This document shows positions 10,572-20,590 of a DNA stretch of 64,000 bases, piece by piece (position 1 is the stretch's first letter; each line of letters starts with the position of its first letter). A program made the position numbers and the translations under genes. The notes beneath the pieces are model-generated. The model was not told the DNA's origin, ran no database searches, and was given only the letters and a program-made list of their open reading frames with translations. Origin of the DNA: Syntrophaceae bacterium UBA7520 (GTDB taxonomy: Bacteria; Desulfobacterota; Syntrophia; Syntrophales; Smithellaceae); assembly GCA_002478265.1 (NCBI GenBank), contig DLNC01000009.1, positions 3,452 through 67,451 on the forward strand. The letters are read 5' to 3'.

Positions 10572-11375
10572 ATGTCCGAGATGATTAAATTATACGATGA
10601 TTCCAAGTGTACCGCGTGCAGAGGATGTCAGCTGGCCTGCAAACAGTGGAACGAGCTGAAAGCGGGACAGACCGAGCAGCGGGGAACCTACCAGAACCCC
10701 CCGACTTTGCAGCCCAACACTTACATGATTATCCATTTTCAGGATTACGCTTCGCCGGAAGGAGAGATTAAATGGCTTTTCCGTAAGGAAGCATGTATGC
10801 ACTGCACAGACGCGGCCTGCGTAACCGTTTGCCCCAGCGGCGCTCTTCATTATAACAGAGAGCTGGGAACAGTAGGCTTGGACAGGGAAAAATGCATCGG
10901 CTGCAAGGAATGCGTCGCGGCGTGTCCCTTTGAAGTTCCCAAATACGATTCCAAAACGGACAAAGTATATAAATGCGACATGTGCGAAAGCCGGATTACC
11001 AATAAGCTGGAGCCGGCCTGCGTGAAGGCCTGTCCCACCGGCGCTCTTAAATGGGGCGAAAAAGATGCGATGCTGCAGCTTGCGGCCAAGCGCGTCGAAA
11101 AACTGGGCGGCAACGCCGCCATTTATGGCGACCAGTTTGTGGGTGGCACACACTTTATGTATGTGCTGAAAGAAGGAAAAGATGTTTACGCGGACATCCA
11201 CAAAAACCCCAGAGTGCCTCTGTCCGTGATTCTGTGGAAAAAATGGCTCAAGCCCTTGAGCTTGTTGGCCGCGGGCGGCGTGGTCGGCGGATCGCTTCTG
11301 CACTACATTTTGCACGGCCCGAAACGGCCTGATCCGGAGCCCGGCGATGAAGTAAAGAAGGAAGGGAGGAAATAA
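10572..11375 (+). CDS. fdnH: Formate dehydrogenase Fe-S (beta) subunit
   Basis: Four Cys clusters (CTACRGCQLAC, CMHCTDAACVTVCP, CIGCKECVAACP, CDMC...PACVKACP) and a C-terminal TM helix. Confidence 0.93.
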   Translation: MSEMIKLYDDSKCTACRGCQLACKQWNELKAGQTEQRGTYQNPPTLQPNTYMIIHFQDYASPEGEIKWLFRKEACMHCTDAACVTVCPSGALHYNRELGTVGLDREKCIGCKECVAACPFEVPKYDSKTDKVYKCDMCESRITNKLEPACVKACPTGALKWGEKDAMLQLAAKRVEKLGGNAAIYGDQFVGGTHFMYVLKEGKDVYADIHKNPRVPLSVILWKKWLKPLSLLAAGGVVGGSLLHYILHGPKRPDPEPGDEVKKEGRK

Positions 11376-11377
11376 CG

Positions 11378-12046
11378 ATGAAACCAAAACCAGGAATGAT
11401 TAAAGCGACAAGCGGCTATGAGCGATTTGTCCACTGGATGCTGGCTATTTCCTGCCTGCTTTTGTGTTACACCGGACTGGGCATGATGTTTGAGTCCCTT
11501 AATTTCCTCGGCGTGATTATGGGCGGTCTGAAAGGATTAAAAGTTGTCCATAACTTCACGGCGATTATCTTTACCGTGGCGCTGATTCTGGCCATCCAGA
11601 TGTGGTGGCGTGAGGCGGGTATTTTTGTCTTTCCCGAAGACTGGGAATGGATAAAAGCCGCCGGCGGTTATCTGTGGAAGGTTGATCACGTGGCGGAAGT
11701 GGGCAAGTACAATCCCGGCCAGAAGATGTTTTTCCTCACCGTGGCCTTATTCGGCGCGCTGATGGTGGTCACGGGCTTCTTCATGTGGCTGCAGCCCGCG
11801 TTTTTGCCGATCGAAGCGCTGCGCTGGATGTATCCGCTGCACGTGCTGGGCTTTGTGGTGATCTTTGCCTTTTTCTTCATTCACCTGTATCTGGGAACCA
11901 TCGGTTCACCCGGATCGCTCCCCGCGATGACCAATGGCTGGGTGACCAGAGCCTGGCTCAAGAAACAGCACCCCAAGTGGCTTAAAGAGATGGAGCATGA
12001 AGGAACGCTAGTGGTCTATAAAGGTGGCGATAAGAAAAAAGTTTAA
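11378..12046 (+). CDS. fdnI: Formate dehydrogenase cytochrome b (gamma) subunit
   Basis: ERFVHW, GKYNPGQK, haem-ligand His residues in four TM helices, WLKKQHPKW. Confidence 0.92.
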   Translation: MKPKPGMIKATSGYERFVHWMLAISCLLLCYTGLGMMFESLNFLGVIMGGLKGLKVVHNFTAIIFTVALILAIQMWWREAGIFVFPEDWEWIKAAGGYLWKVDHVAEVGKYNPGQKMFFLTVALFGALMVVTGFFMWLQPAFLPIEALRWMYPLHVLGFVVIFAFFFIHLYLGTIGSPGSLPAMTNGWVTRAWLKKQHPKWLKEMEHEGTLVVYKGGDKKKV

Positions 12047-12073
12047 CTTATAAATTAATCCATCGGTAATATT

Positions 12074-12110
12074 AAAAAGGCCGGAAAAAACACGTTTCCG
12101 GCCTTTTTTT
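12074..12110 (+). terminator. Intrinsic terminator after fdnI
   Basis: AAAAAGGCCGGAAA-loop-TTTCCGGCC followed by T7. Confidence 0.85.
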
Positions 12111-12195
12111 ATTTTACAATTTTAAAAAATATTTTTTGCTTTTTGACGAGCGGCCTTACGCGCAAGCTCATACAAAACTGTTTAAATGTATAATT

Positions 12196-12755
12196 TCAAA
12201 TCCGGCAATTGCTGGTAAAACCTGCCGGTGGAACGCCGAGAGCCTGTAAAAACCGCGCCCAATAATTAACCTGCGCGGCGGTGCCTGCCAAAATAACAAT
12301 TTCCCTTTCTGTGAAATTTTCTTTCAGAATATCAATAAAACTTTGTGAAAAAGAAAGAGGTGATTCAGAAATAAGCCGGGCGTATTTAACGGCAATTTTT
12401 TCTCTTTGGGAGAAAGTAGGTGTCTTTTCAACTTCCGCTTTGCCTTGCAAGGCGGATAACTCATCCGCAGATATCCCGTATTTTGCATACTCCTGCGAAT
12501 TCATGTCGATGCAGAAGGGACAGGCGGCTGCAAATGATGCCTGAAGCCGAACCAACTTTAGCAAGCGCTGGGTGAGACTGGCGTCCCGATGTGCGCTATC
12601 AACGCCTCGAGTATTCCCGAACCAACAGCAATCTTGGGATACCAGGCCAGAAGCCGCGCGGGAAGAAGATCGCGGCCGGTTATTTTCCTGCTGATCCAGA
12701 TACCGATTTTCAAGTAAAAAGGAATTTTCTCCGGCGGGGCGATAAAAGCTTCCAT
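12196..12755 (-). pseudogene. Carboxymuconolactone decarboxylase/AhpD-family gene split by a frameshift
   Basis: N-terminal half (MEAFIAPPEKIP...LIAH) and C-terminal half (HRDASLTQRLLKLVRLQASFAAACPFCIDMN) are in different frames. The shift is at GCGCACATCGG (minus strand), about 12586-12596. Confidence 0.65.
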
Positions 12756-12814
12756 AATTAACTCCTTTGTCAAGACATTAGGCAAATTGCAGTTACCGGA
12801 ATTCTTTGCTTTTA

Positions 12815-13354
12815 CTATTTTACGATTTTGAAAATTTCCCTGGCTTTGGGATCGGCGGCGCTGCGCAGGAGCTCAAATAAAACCATTTCCGTGCTGGCGA
12901 TTTGCGCGCCCACGCTTTTCATGGCATTGATTCCTATCTGACGATTTTCCGGCGTGCGCGAGGATACAGCGTCGGCCACCAGATGCACGCTGTAGCCGTT
13001 GGCGAGTAGTTCCAGCGCGGTCTGATAAACACAAACATGGGTTTCAATTCCGGTTAAAACAACATGGCGGCGGCTCAGTGATTCAAGATGTTCACCAAAC
13101 TGCTCGTTGGGCCAGCAGCTGAAACTTTCTTTAGCAATGGGCGCTATACCATCCAGTTCCGCGGCAATTGCAGGCAGGGTTTTGCCAAGTTTTTCCGGCG
13201 TCTGCTCAGTAATAATAATGGGCAAACCCAGCGTTTTAAATCCCTTAATCAGTTTGATGTTGTTGGCGAAAAGATTATCTTTATCAAACATCGCCTGGGC
13301 AAGATTGCCCTGGATATCGATGATAACCAAAACGGCGGCGGCGCGGCTGAGCAT
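12815..13354 (-). CDS. Isochorismatase-family hydrolase
   Basis: IIDIQG, TEQTPEKLG, KESFSC, GIETHVCVYQT. Confidence 0.9.
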   Translation of the reverse strand: MLSRAAAVLVIIDIQGNLAQAMFDKDNLFANNIKLIKGFKTLGLPIIITEQTPEKLGKTLPAIAAELDGIAPIAKESFSCWPNEQFGEHLESLSRRHVVLTGIETHVCVYQTALELLANGYSVHLVADAVSSRTPENRQIGINAMKSVGAQIASTEMVLFELLRSAADPKAREIFKIVK

Positions 13355-13452
13355 GAAATATCTCCAGAAATTTAATCAGCTAAGTTTCTTTGCAAAAATC
13401 CTGTATTACTTTTGCATAGATCCGGAACCATGGACAAAGCGTGTAACCTTTT

Positions 13453-13488
13453 GAGATTGCCGCGCCCCATTCGGGAGCTCGCAATGAC
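13453..13488. repeat. Palindromic intergenic repeat arm (GAGATTGCCGCG...CTCGCAATGAC)
   Basis: Same motif family as the copies at about 59716-59728, 59910-59925 and 62126-62279. Confidence 0.6.
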
Positions 13489-13550
13489 CGAAAAATATTT
13501 TGCAAAGCCTCTCTGATTTTATTTTCCAAAAAATCAGCAAACGTCAAGAA

Positions 13551-14423
13551 TTATTTATTATCGGCAAAAAAATCAGCAATTAAAGGGTTAATCCGGTCCG
13601 CCGCTTCGTGCTGAATCCAGTGGCTCACCTTGGGAAATTTAATCAGCTTGCCCTGTTTGCAGTAAGCCATGCTTTTATCGGCCATCTCCGTGAGCATCGC
13701 CACGTCTTCTTCTCCCCACATTAAAAGCATGGGCACGGTGACGTCAAAACTCTGCGGCGGCTCCTGCTTGGTCTGTATCATCGCGCGATACCAATTGACC
13801 ATCGCCGTAAAAGCGCCGGGCTGTGAAAAAGCTTTCCGGTACTCTTCAAGCTCCGCCGCTGCAAAAGCGCCGGTGTTGGCCGACGATGTAATCATGTCCA
13901 GCACCCATTGATAATTGGTGGCGGCGGCCAGTTTATCTACCGCGCCGGGAAGCTGAAAATAAAAAATATACCAGCTCTTTTTCATCTGCTCAACTTCGGT
14001 AAAAACGGTTTTGGCCATAACTTTGGGATGCGGCACATTCAGTATTACCAGTTTTTGCAGAAGCTGCGGGTATTTGAGCGCCACCCACCAGGAAACAGAC
14101 GCTCCCCAGTCGTGTCCGACCAAAAATATTTTATCGCGCCCGTAGGAGTCAATAAGGCCCACAATATCTTTGGCCAGTTCATCTATTTTGTATGAAGCAA
14201 CGCCTTCGGGTTTGTCGCTTAAATTGTAACCGCGCTGATCAGGCGCGACAACGAGATAACCTTTATCCGCGAAGTAATCAATCTGTTTGCGCCATGCATA
14301 CCAGAATTCCGGAAACCCGTGCAGAAACAAAATCATGGGCCCGTCCGCCGGGCCTGCTTCCATTACGTGCAGTTTCACGCCGTTGGTTTGAATAAAGCGT
14401 TCGCGCAGATTTTTCATGGACAT
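13551..14423 (-). CDS. Alpha/beta hydrolase, epoxide-hydrolase-like
   Basis: HGFPEFW, DQRGYNLS, nucleophile GHDWGA, SHWIQHE. Confidence 0.9.
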   Translation of the reverse strand: MSMKNLRERFIQTNGVKLHVMEAGPADGPMILFLHGFPEFWYAWRKQIDYFADKGYLVVAPDQRGYNLSDKPEGVASYKIDELAKDIVGLIDSYGRDKIFLVGHDWGASVSWWVALKYPQLLQKLVILNVPHPKVMAKTVFTEVEQMKKSWYIFYFQLPGAVDKLAAATNYQWVLDMITSSANTGAFAAAELEEYRKAFSQPGAFTAMVNWYRAMIQTKQEPPQSFDVTVPMLLMWGEEDVAMLTEMADKSMAYCKQGKLIKFPKVSHWIQHEAADRINPLIADFFADNK

Positions 14424-14432
14424 ACCCTCTTT

Positions 14433-16391
14433 TCAAATTTCCCAGGCGGCCTTGGCGCCGTCGGTTGTGGCTTCAATGATTCTGCGGGGCGCCGAAGCGT
14501 CGCCGACAATAAAATGACGGATATTCTTTTTGGCCAGCATGTCTTTGAGTTCATTTCTTGGCGTCACGCCGATCGCCACAATCACCTGATTGACGGGGGA
14601 GAGTTTCTGCTCCTCGCCTTTTTTGTTGACGATTACGCAATTTTCTTCAATCTTTTTAACCGTGGTGCCCAGCAACAGCTTGATGCCCGCCGCCTGAAGC
14701 CGGCGATACAGCATCTGGCCATGCGCCGCCTGCGGCAGGACCGGAGGTTTCGGCAGCATTTCCACAATGGTTATGTCCTTAACGCCTTTTTCGCGCAGGT
14801 AATCCGCTGTCTCCATGCCCACCAGACCGCCACCGATCACCACAACGTGATCGCGCCCCTTAATTTCGCCATCGAGTATCTGCCAGGCATCACAGACCAC
14901 GGAGCTTCCGATTCCTTCCGCCGGACAGGCGGTTTTGTCCGCACCGATGGCCAGAATTACCGCTTCGGGTTTCCCTTTTTCGATCATTTCTTCCGTGACG
15001 TTTGTAGCGAGTTTTATTTCCACGCCTTGCCGTTTGCATTTATCCGTCAGGGTTTTGATATACTTGTCGTAAACTTCCTTATGCGGCGCTTTGGCGGCGT
15101 AACGAACATTGCCGCCGGTCTGTTTATCACGCTCAAATAAAGTGACCTTGTGGCCTAATCTGGCCGCCTCGGAAGCGGCGGTAAGGCCCGCGGGGCCAGC
15201 GCCAATCACCCAAACTTTACGGCTGGCTTTAGCGGGTCCTTCCGGATAAATCAGCTCCTGACCCGTCTGCGGATTTATCGCGCAGCGAATCGGTTGCAGT
15301 TCGATGGAGAGCCGCTCGATGCAGCCCTGATTGCAGGCCAGACACTCCAAGGTGTATTCGGGATGTCCTTCCACGGCGTTTTTCAAAAAGTCGGGGTCGG
15401 CCAGATGCTGACGCGCCACGGCAATCATGTCCGCGTCGCCTCGCGCGATAACGTCATTCATTAAAAACGGGTCCGTATAGCGGCCGACGGAAATCACCGG
15501 CACGGAGCTTACCTCTTTAACTTTTCTGGCCAGATGAGCCTTGAAGCCGGGAGCGTATTCCACCGGCGCGCTGGCATTGGGCGCGTCGATATTCACCTCC
15601 GGGCTGCCGTGTGTGCCAAAGGAGACATGGATGATATCCGCGCCGGCGGCAACTAGGTCCGGAACAATTGTCTGTATATCGGATATCGTGTATCCGTCCT
15701 TGATGCATTCTTCTCCGGAGATACGGATGGATATGGGAAAATCATTGCCGACATTTTTGCGCGCGGACTTTATGCATTCCACCATAAAAGTGGCGCGGCC
15801 GCGGATATCGCCGCCGTATTTGTCGGTGCGCTTATTGGAATGAGCGGAAAGAAACTGCATCAGAAGATAACCGTGCGCGCCGTGGAGTTCCACCGCGTCA
15901 AAGCCGGCTTTTTTCGCGCGTAGCGCAGCCGTGCCGAAAGCGTCAATCGTTTCTTCGATTTCGGCATGGGTCATCTCCCGGGGCGCGCCCAGAAAGCCGA
16001 AAATATAACTGGGAATTGCCGACGGCGCTATCGCCTGCTGTTTTTTCAGCTTGGTGTAGCTTTCCCGCCCGCAATGATGAAGCTGCATGGCGATTTTCCC
16101 GCCTTCTTCATGAACCACCTGGGCGAATCTGCTCAAGCCGGGTATGAATTTGTCATCCCAGACACCAAGTTCGCTGGGGTTAATTTGACCGGCGGGAGTT
16201 ACCGCGGTTATCTCCGTGATAATCAGCCCCGCGCCGCCTTGCGCCCGGCGTTTGATATAGGCCACATTGGCGTCACTCACCGTGCCGTCGGGATTACCTA
16301 GCGATGTTCCCATCGGCGGCATGACCACGCGGTTTTTCAGCTCCAGTGATTTTATTTTTATCGGTTGTAATAAATTGTTTAACTTTCCCAT
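14433..16391 (-). CDS. NADH:flavin oxidoreductase (OYE TIM barrel + 4Fe-4S + FAD), 2,4-dienoyl-CoA/enoate reductase family
   Basis: ELHGAHGYLLMQFLS, CLACNQGC...CAINP, GAGPAG and GGGLVG motifs. Confidence 0.9.
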   Translation of the reverse strand: MGKLNNLLQPIKIKSLELKNRVVMPPMGTSLGNPDGTVSDANVAYIKRRAQGGAGLIITEITAVTPAGQINPSELGVWDDKFIPGLSRFAQVVHEEGGKIAMQLHHCGRESYTKLKKQQAIAPSAIPSYIFGFLGAPREMTHAEIEETIDAFGTAALRAKKAGFDAVELHGAHGYLLMQFLSAHSNKRTDKYGGDIRGRATFMVECIKSARKNVGNDFPISIRISGEECIKDGYTISDIQTIVPDLVAAGADIIHVSFGTHGSPEVNIDAPNASAPVEYAPGFKAHLARKVKEVSSVPVISVGRYTDPFLMNDVIARGDADMIAVARQHLADPDFLKNAVEGHPEYTLECLACNQGCIERLSIELQPIRCAINPQTGQELIYPEGPAKASRKVWVIGAGPAGLTAASEAARLGHKVTLFERDKQTGGNVRYAAKAPHKEVYDKYIKTLTDKCKRQGVEIKLATNVTEEMIEKGKPEAVILAIGADKTACPAEGIGSSVVCDAWQILDGEIKGRDHVVVIGGGLVGMETADYLREKGVKDITIVEMLPKPPVLPQAAHGQMLYRRLQAAGIKLLLGTTVKKIEENCVIVNKKGEEQKLSPVNQVIVAIGVTPRNELKDMLAKKNIRHFIVGDASAPRRIIEATTDGAKAAWEI

Positions 16392-16534
16392 AATTGTTCT
16401 CCTTTTCCATAAGGATGGCCACAGATCGTTCTCGGCATTCGAAAATAAATGATCATCCCTTTTCTCTTTTAAATCTGGCAGTCCATAAAAGCGCGAGTAA
16501 AAGACGGCGCTTTAATCATAAAGGAAACAATTTA

Positions 16535-17344
16535 TCATTTTTCCGCAACCAGAATATTGCCGAGAAGAATGCCCCCGTCAATGATAATTTCCGTACCCGT
16601 GGTATAATTGGATGCATCCGATGCCAAATATACAGCCGCGCCGGCGATTTCTTCGGGTTTGCCGATGCGTCCGGTGGGCAGAGATTTTTCCAGGGCCTCT
16701 CTGGCCTTTTTCGCCTCTTCCGGAGACAGATGGAACCAGTGTGAATTCATCATCTTGGTGTCAATCGGACCCGGGGCGATGGTATTAACCTGGATATTGG
16801 CTCCGGCCAATTCCATAGCAAAGGATTTGGTTATCATCCGGCAACCGGCCTTGGAAATGGAATAAACACTCACGCCCGGCTCCGGTTTAAAACCATCAAC
16901 AGAAGCGACATTGATGATTTTTCCGCCGCCCTGCTTTTTCATGATTTTAGCCACGGCTTGGCTGGTGAAATAGACGCCTTTCAGATTGAGATTCATTATA
17001 GTGTCCCAGAGGCGTTCATCGGAATCCAAAACAGAAGCCATCGCGGGGCTCGCTCCGGCATTGTTTACCAAAATGTCAATCCTTTTGTATTTTTCCAAAA
17101 CAGTGTTGACCATTTTCTGTATTTCTTCATATTTGCCCAGATGCGACTGCAGCGGCATCGCTTCGCCGCCGGCGGCTTTGATTTCCTTGGCGGTCGCTTC
17201 CAGATCTTCCATCTTGCGGCTGGTGACGACTACTTTGGCTCCGGCTTTGGCCAATCCAAAAGCAATGGCCTGACCGATCCCGCGCCCGCCGCCGGTGACA
17301 ATGGCGACCTTACCCTTCAGTGAAAAATGATTTAAATCGAACAT
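16535..17344 (-). CDS. Short-chain dehydrogenase/reductase
   Basis: TGGGRGIG, NNAG, YSISK. Confidence 0.92.
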   Translation of the reverse strand: MFDLNHFSLKGKVAIVTGGGRGIGQAIAFGLAKAGAKVVVTSRKMEDLEATAKEIKAAGGEAMPLQSHLGKYEEIQKMVNTVLEKYKRIDILVNNAGASPAMASVLDSDERLWDTIMNLNLKGVYFTSQAVAKIMKKQGGGKIINVASVDGFKPEPGVSVYSISKAGCRMITKSFAMELAGANIQVNTIAPGPIDTKMMNSHWFHLSPEEAKKAREALEKSLPTGRIGKPEEIAGAAVYLASDASNYTTGTEIIIDGGILLGNILVAEK

Positions 17345-17460
17345 GGCTTAATTCTCCTTAGCTGTTATTGCATATTTTGTTCGCACACCTGACCGGTTTT
17401 GGCGCCGGTCAGGCGCAGAATGTTTATCTTTTTAAAAACCCGGCTTGCCGACAGATTTTT

Positions 17461-18981
17461 TTACCTGTCTTTTTTAGGCCTCTTGATGAAATTACTTTTA
17501 GCCAGAGCTTCCCTGTCACCCCCGCTCATACCGGCAATATATTTTACCAGCTTCTTGCGTGATTCAATATCGTACTGCGTGGTGATGGCAATCTGTTCCA
17601 TAATCGGCGAGCCCCCGCCGTGGTAAGCGCCGATATTGCGGATACCGCCGGTGGCCGAACACAGAGCGTCCCCCAGAAAACGCCAGAACTGCGCCTGATC
17701 TTCCACGGATATTTTCGAACTGCGCTTGGTGTATTTAAGCAAAGCGTCTTTCGTTTCCGGGTTAACAAAATCCTTTTCATGCGGGAAAGTCGCCACAACG
17801 CCGCCGGCCAGATCGCAAAGTATTTCCGATTCATGCCAGACAGCCTCGCCGGAAAGACAGCGGCCCACATTGCAGTAAATGGAATGCGGAATGTAGGAGC
17901 CGGGACCGTAGGGAACAAATCCTTTGCCGGGCATGAAGACCTGCGGGCCACCCAGATCCGACGCCGTGTAACCCGCGGCGTAACCAAGTTCCGTCACCAT
18001 GATTATTTCCGCGAGCTTTTTGCGCACGTGCTCGGCTTTCTGAATGTTGTTGCACTCTGCCGCCAAAGCCGCTGTGCCCAGGATAACATCGCCGATGGCC
18101 GGCTTGCAGCCGGAATAGGAATGGCGATGAAACAAAGCGAATAAAAGCGCGTTGACGCCGCCGTGCTGCCATTCCCCCGCAAGAAACACTCTTTCCCACG
18201 GCACAAAACAATTTTCAAAAATCATGTATGAATCGGTAGAGCCAGGCATAAAACCGCGCGGGAAATGTTCCCTTTCGCGCAGGTTATGGATAGTCACCAC
18301 CTGCTTCAAGCCGTCCCAATCACCGGGCACGGCAAAGGCGACGGCGTAATCTTTGTCCTGTTCGCGCAGCGCGCGGGTCGGAACCACCAGAACCTCATCA
18401 GCCACGGAGGCTTCCGAAATATGGACTTTACATCCCTCTACAACTATGCCGTCCTTTAATCTTTCCTTGATATGCACGTAAGCGCCGGGATTGGGCTGAT
18501 CCGCCGGCCTCAGCATGCGGTCGCCTTTCACGTCCGTCTGCGCGCAGCAGCCGATCAGATCTTCTTTTTGAAAACGGGTCAGCCATTTTTTGAAATTTTC
18601 GTGATACTGCGTCGCTCCATTGTTGGCTTTATCCGCCTCAAAAGAAACATTATAAATGGCGTTGGTGGCATCTGTGCCCATGCAGCGCTGAATGCAACCG
18701 CCAACTTTTTGGCAAAGCATTCTGGTCATATCTTGCTTGTTGTGCAGGTCGATGGTGTTCTGATGAATGTGATTGAAGCGATTGATGCGCTCGCCGGTGA
18801 GATGAGAAATCGCCGTCATCAGTTCCTGGTTTTCCGGCTTGGCTGCCTCGTCGTAAGTTGTGCCGATAGTATTGAGGCAGCGCATCTGTAACTCGTCCGT
18901 TCTGTCGATTAACTGCCCGTCGAAATATAGATTGCGTTTCATCTTGGACAGTCTGTTTATATAATCTTGCTTTGTTCTCAT
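17461..18981 (-). CDS. 4-hydroxybutyryl-CoA dehydratase (AbfD)-family FAD/[4Fe-4S] protein, divergent paralogue 1
   Basis: NRFNHIHQ, CIQRCMG, HRHSYSGCK, HGGGSP. Start MRTKQDY at 18981. Confidence 0.85.
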   Translation of the reverse strand: MRTKQDYINRLSKMKRNLYFDGQLIDRTDELQMRCLNTIGTTYDEAAKPENQELMTAISHLTGERINRFNHIHQNTIDLHNKQDMTRMLCQKVGGCIQRCMGTDATNAIYNVSFEADKANNGATQYHENFKKWLTRFQKEDLIGCCAQTDVKGDRMLRPADQPNPGAYVHIKERLKDGIVVEGCKVHISEASVADEVLVVPTRALREQDKDYAVAFAVPGDWDGLKQVVTIHNLREREHFPRGFMPGSTDSYMIFENCFVPWERVFLAGEWQHGGVNALLFALFHRHSYSGCKPAIGDVILGTAALAAECNNIQKAEHVRKKLAEIIMVTELGYAAGYTASDLGGPQVFMPGKGFVPYGPGSYIPHSIYCNVGRCLSGEAVWHESEILCDLAGGVVATFPHEKDFVNPETKDALLKYTKRSSKISVEDQAQFWRFLGDALCSATGGIRNIGAYHGGGSPIMEQIAITTQYDIESRKKLVKYIAGMSGGDREALAKSNFIKRPKKDR

Positions 18982-19006
18982 AACGCCCCGTCCCCCTGTA
19001 ATAAAC

Positions 19007-19036
19007 TTAGGGGAGGCCGTAAAAAGCCTCCCCCTA
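19007..19036. terminator. Hairpin between the tandem paralogues
   Basis: TTAGGGGAGGC-N8-GCCTCCCCTAA. Confidence 0.55.
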
Positions 19037-19047
19037 AAATATAACAT

Positions 19048-20559
19048 TTATTTAGTTTTTTTCTTGTCAGCCTTCGGGGCCAGCGCTTCCCTATCGCCGC
19101 CGCTCATTCCCGCAATATATCTTACCAGCTTCTTGCGGGATTCGATGTCATACTGCGTGGTAATGGCAATCTGCTCCATAATTGGGGAGCCGCCGCCGTG
19201 GTAGTTACCCACATTGGCGATGCCGCCGGTCGCCGAACATAGCACATCTCCCAGATAGCGCCAGAACTGCGCTTGATCTTCCGCGGACATCTTCGGGTTG
19301 CGCTTTGTGTATTTCAGAAGTGCCGGGCCTACTTCCGGATGGGCGAAATCCTTTTCGTGCGGGAAAGTCGCCACGACGCCGCCGGCGATGTCGCAGAGAA
19401 TTTCCGCCTCGCGCCAAACGGCTTCGCCGGAAAGACAACGGCCCACATTGCAGTAAATGGAATGCGGAATGTAGGAGCCGGGACCGTAAGGCATAAAGCC
19501 CACGCCGGGAATGTAAACTTCCGGTTTTCCCAGATCGGACGCCGTGTAACCGGCGGCATAGCCCAGTTCGATGGTCATGATGATTTCCGCGAGCTTTTCG
19601 CGCACGTGTTCGGCCTTGTGCACATTGTTGCATTCCGCCGCTAACGCCGCCGTGCCGAGAATAATATCGCCGATGGCGGGCTTGCAGCCGGAATAGGAAT
19701 GACGATGGAAAAGCGCGAAAAGAAGCGCCAGAACGCCACCATGCTGATGTTCACCGGCCAGAAACACGCGTTCCCAGGGCACGAAACAATTTTCAAAAAT
19801 CATGTAGGAGTCGGTGGAACCGGGAACAAATCCGCGTTTATAGTGTTCGCGCGGCCTCAGATTATGAATGGTGACAACCTGTTTCAAGCCGTCCCAGTCA
19901 CCGGGTACGGCAAAAGCCACCGCATAATCCTTGTCTTCCGGACGAAGCGCGCGGGTGGGCAGGACTAGCACTTCATCAGCCACGGAAGCTTCCGAAATGT
20001 GCACCTTGCAGCCTTCTACTACGATACCGTCTTTCAGTCTCTCCTTAATGCGTACATACGCGCCGGGATTGGGCTGATCCGCCGGCCTGAGCATGCGGTC
20101 GCCTTTCACGTCCGTCTGCGCGCAACAGCCGATAAGGTCTTCCTTCTGAAAACGGGTCAGCCACTTTTTGAAATTTTCGTGATACTGCGTGGCGCCCTTG
20201 TTTTGCTTATCTGCTTCATAGGAAACATTGTAAATCGCGTTTGTTCCGTCAATACCCATGCAGCGCTGAATGCAGCCGCCAACTTTCTGGCAAAGCATTC
20301 TGGTCATGTCCTGCTTGTTGTGTAAATCTTCCGTGTTCTGATGAATGTGATTAAAGCGGTTGATTTTCTCACCGGTAAGATGAGAGGTTGCCGTCATTAA
20401 CTTTTCGTTTTCCGGTTTGGCCGCCTCGTCATAAGTCGTGCCGATGACATTGATGCAGTCCATCTGCAGCTCGTCGGTTCTGTCGATTAACTGTCCGTCG
20501 AAGTATAAATTTCTCTTCATTTTAGACAGCCCTTTAATGTAGTCCTGCTTTGTCCTCAT
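19048..20559 (-). CDS. AbfD-family FAD/[4Fe-4S] protein, divergent paralogue 2 (tandem duplicate)
   Basis: Near-identical to 17461-18981 over its whole length, with the same motifs. Confidence 0.85.
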   Translation of the reverse strand: MRTKQDYIKGLSKMKRNLYFDGQLIDRTDELQMDCINVIGTTYDEAAKPENEKLMTATSHLTGEKINRFNHIHQNTEDLHNKQDMTRMLCQKVGGCIQRCMGIDGTNAIYNVSYEADKQNKGATQYHENFKKWLTRFQKEDLIGCCAQTDVKGDRMLRPADQPNPGAYVRIKERLKDGIVVEGCKVHISEASVADEVLVLPTRALRPEDKDYAVAFAVPGDWDGLKQVVTIHNLRPREHYKRGFVPGSTDSYMIFENCFVPWERVFLAGEHQHGGVLALLFALFHRHSYSGCKPAIGDIILGTAALAAECNNVHKAEHVREKLAEIIMTIELGYAAGYTASDLGKPEVYIPGVGFMPYGPGSYIPHSIYCNVGRCLSGEAVWREAEILCDIAGGVVATFPHEKDFAHPEVGPALLKYTKRNPKMSAEDQAQFWRYLGDVLCSATGGIANVGNYHGGGSPIMEQIAITTQYDIESRKKLVRYIAGMSGGDREALAPKADKKKTK

Positions 20560-20590
20560 AAATTGGTACTCCTTTCTTTAATACCTTTCG

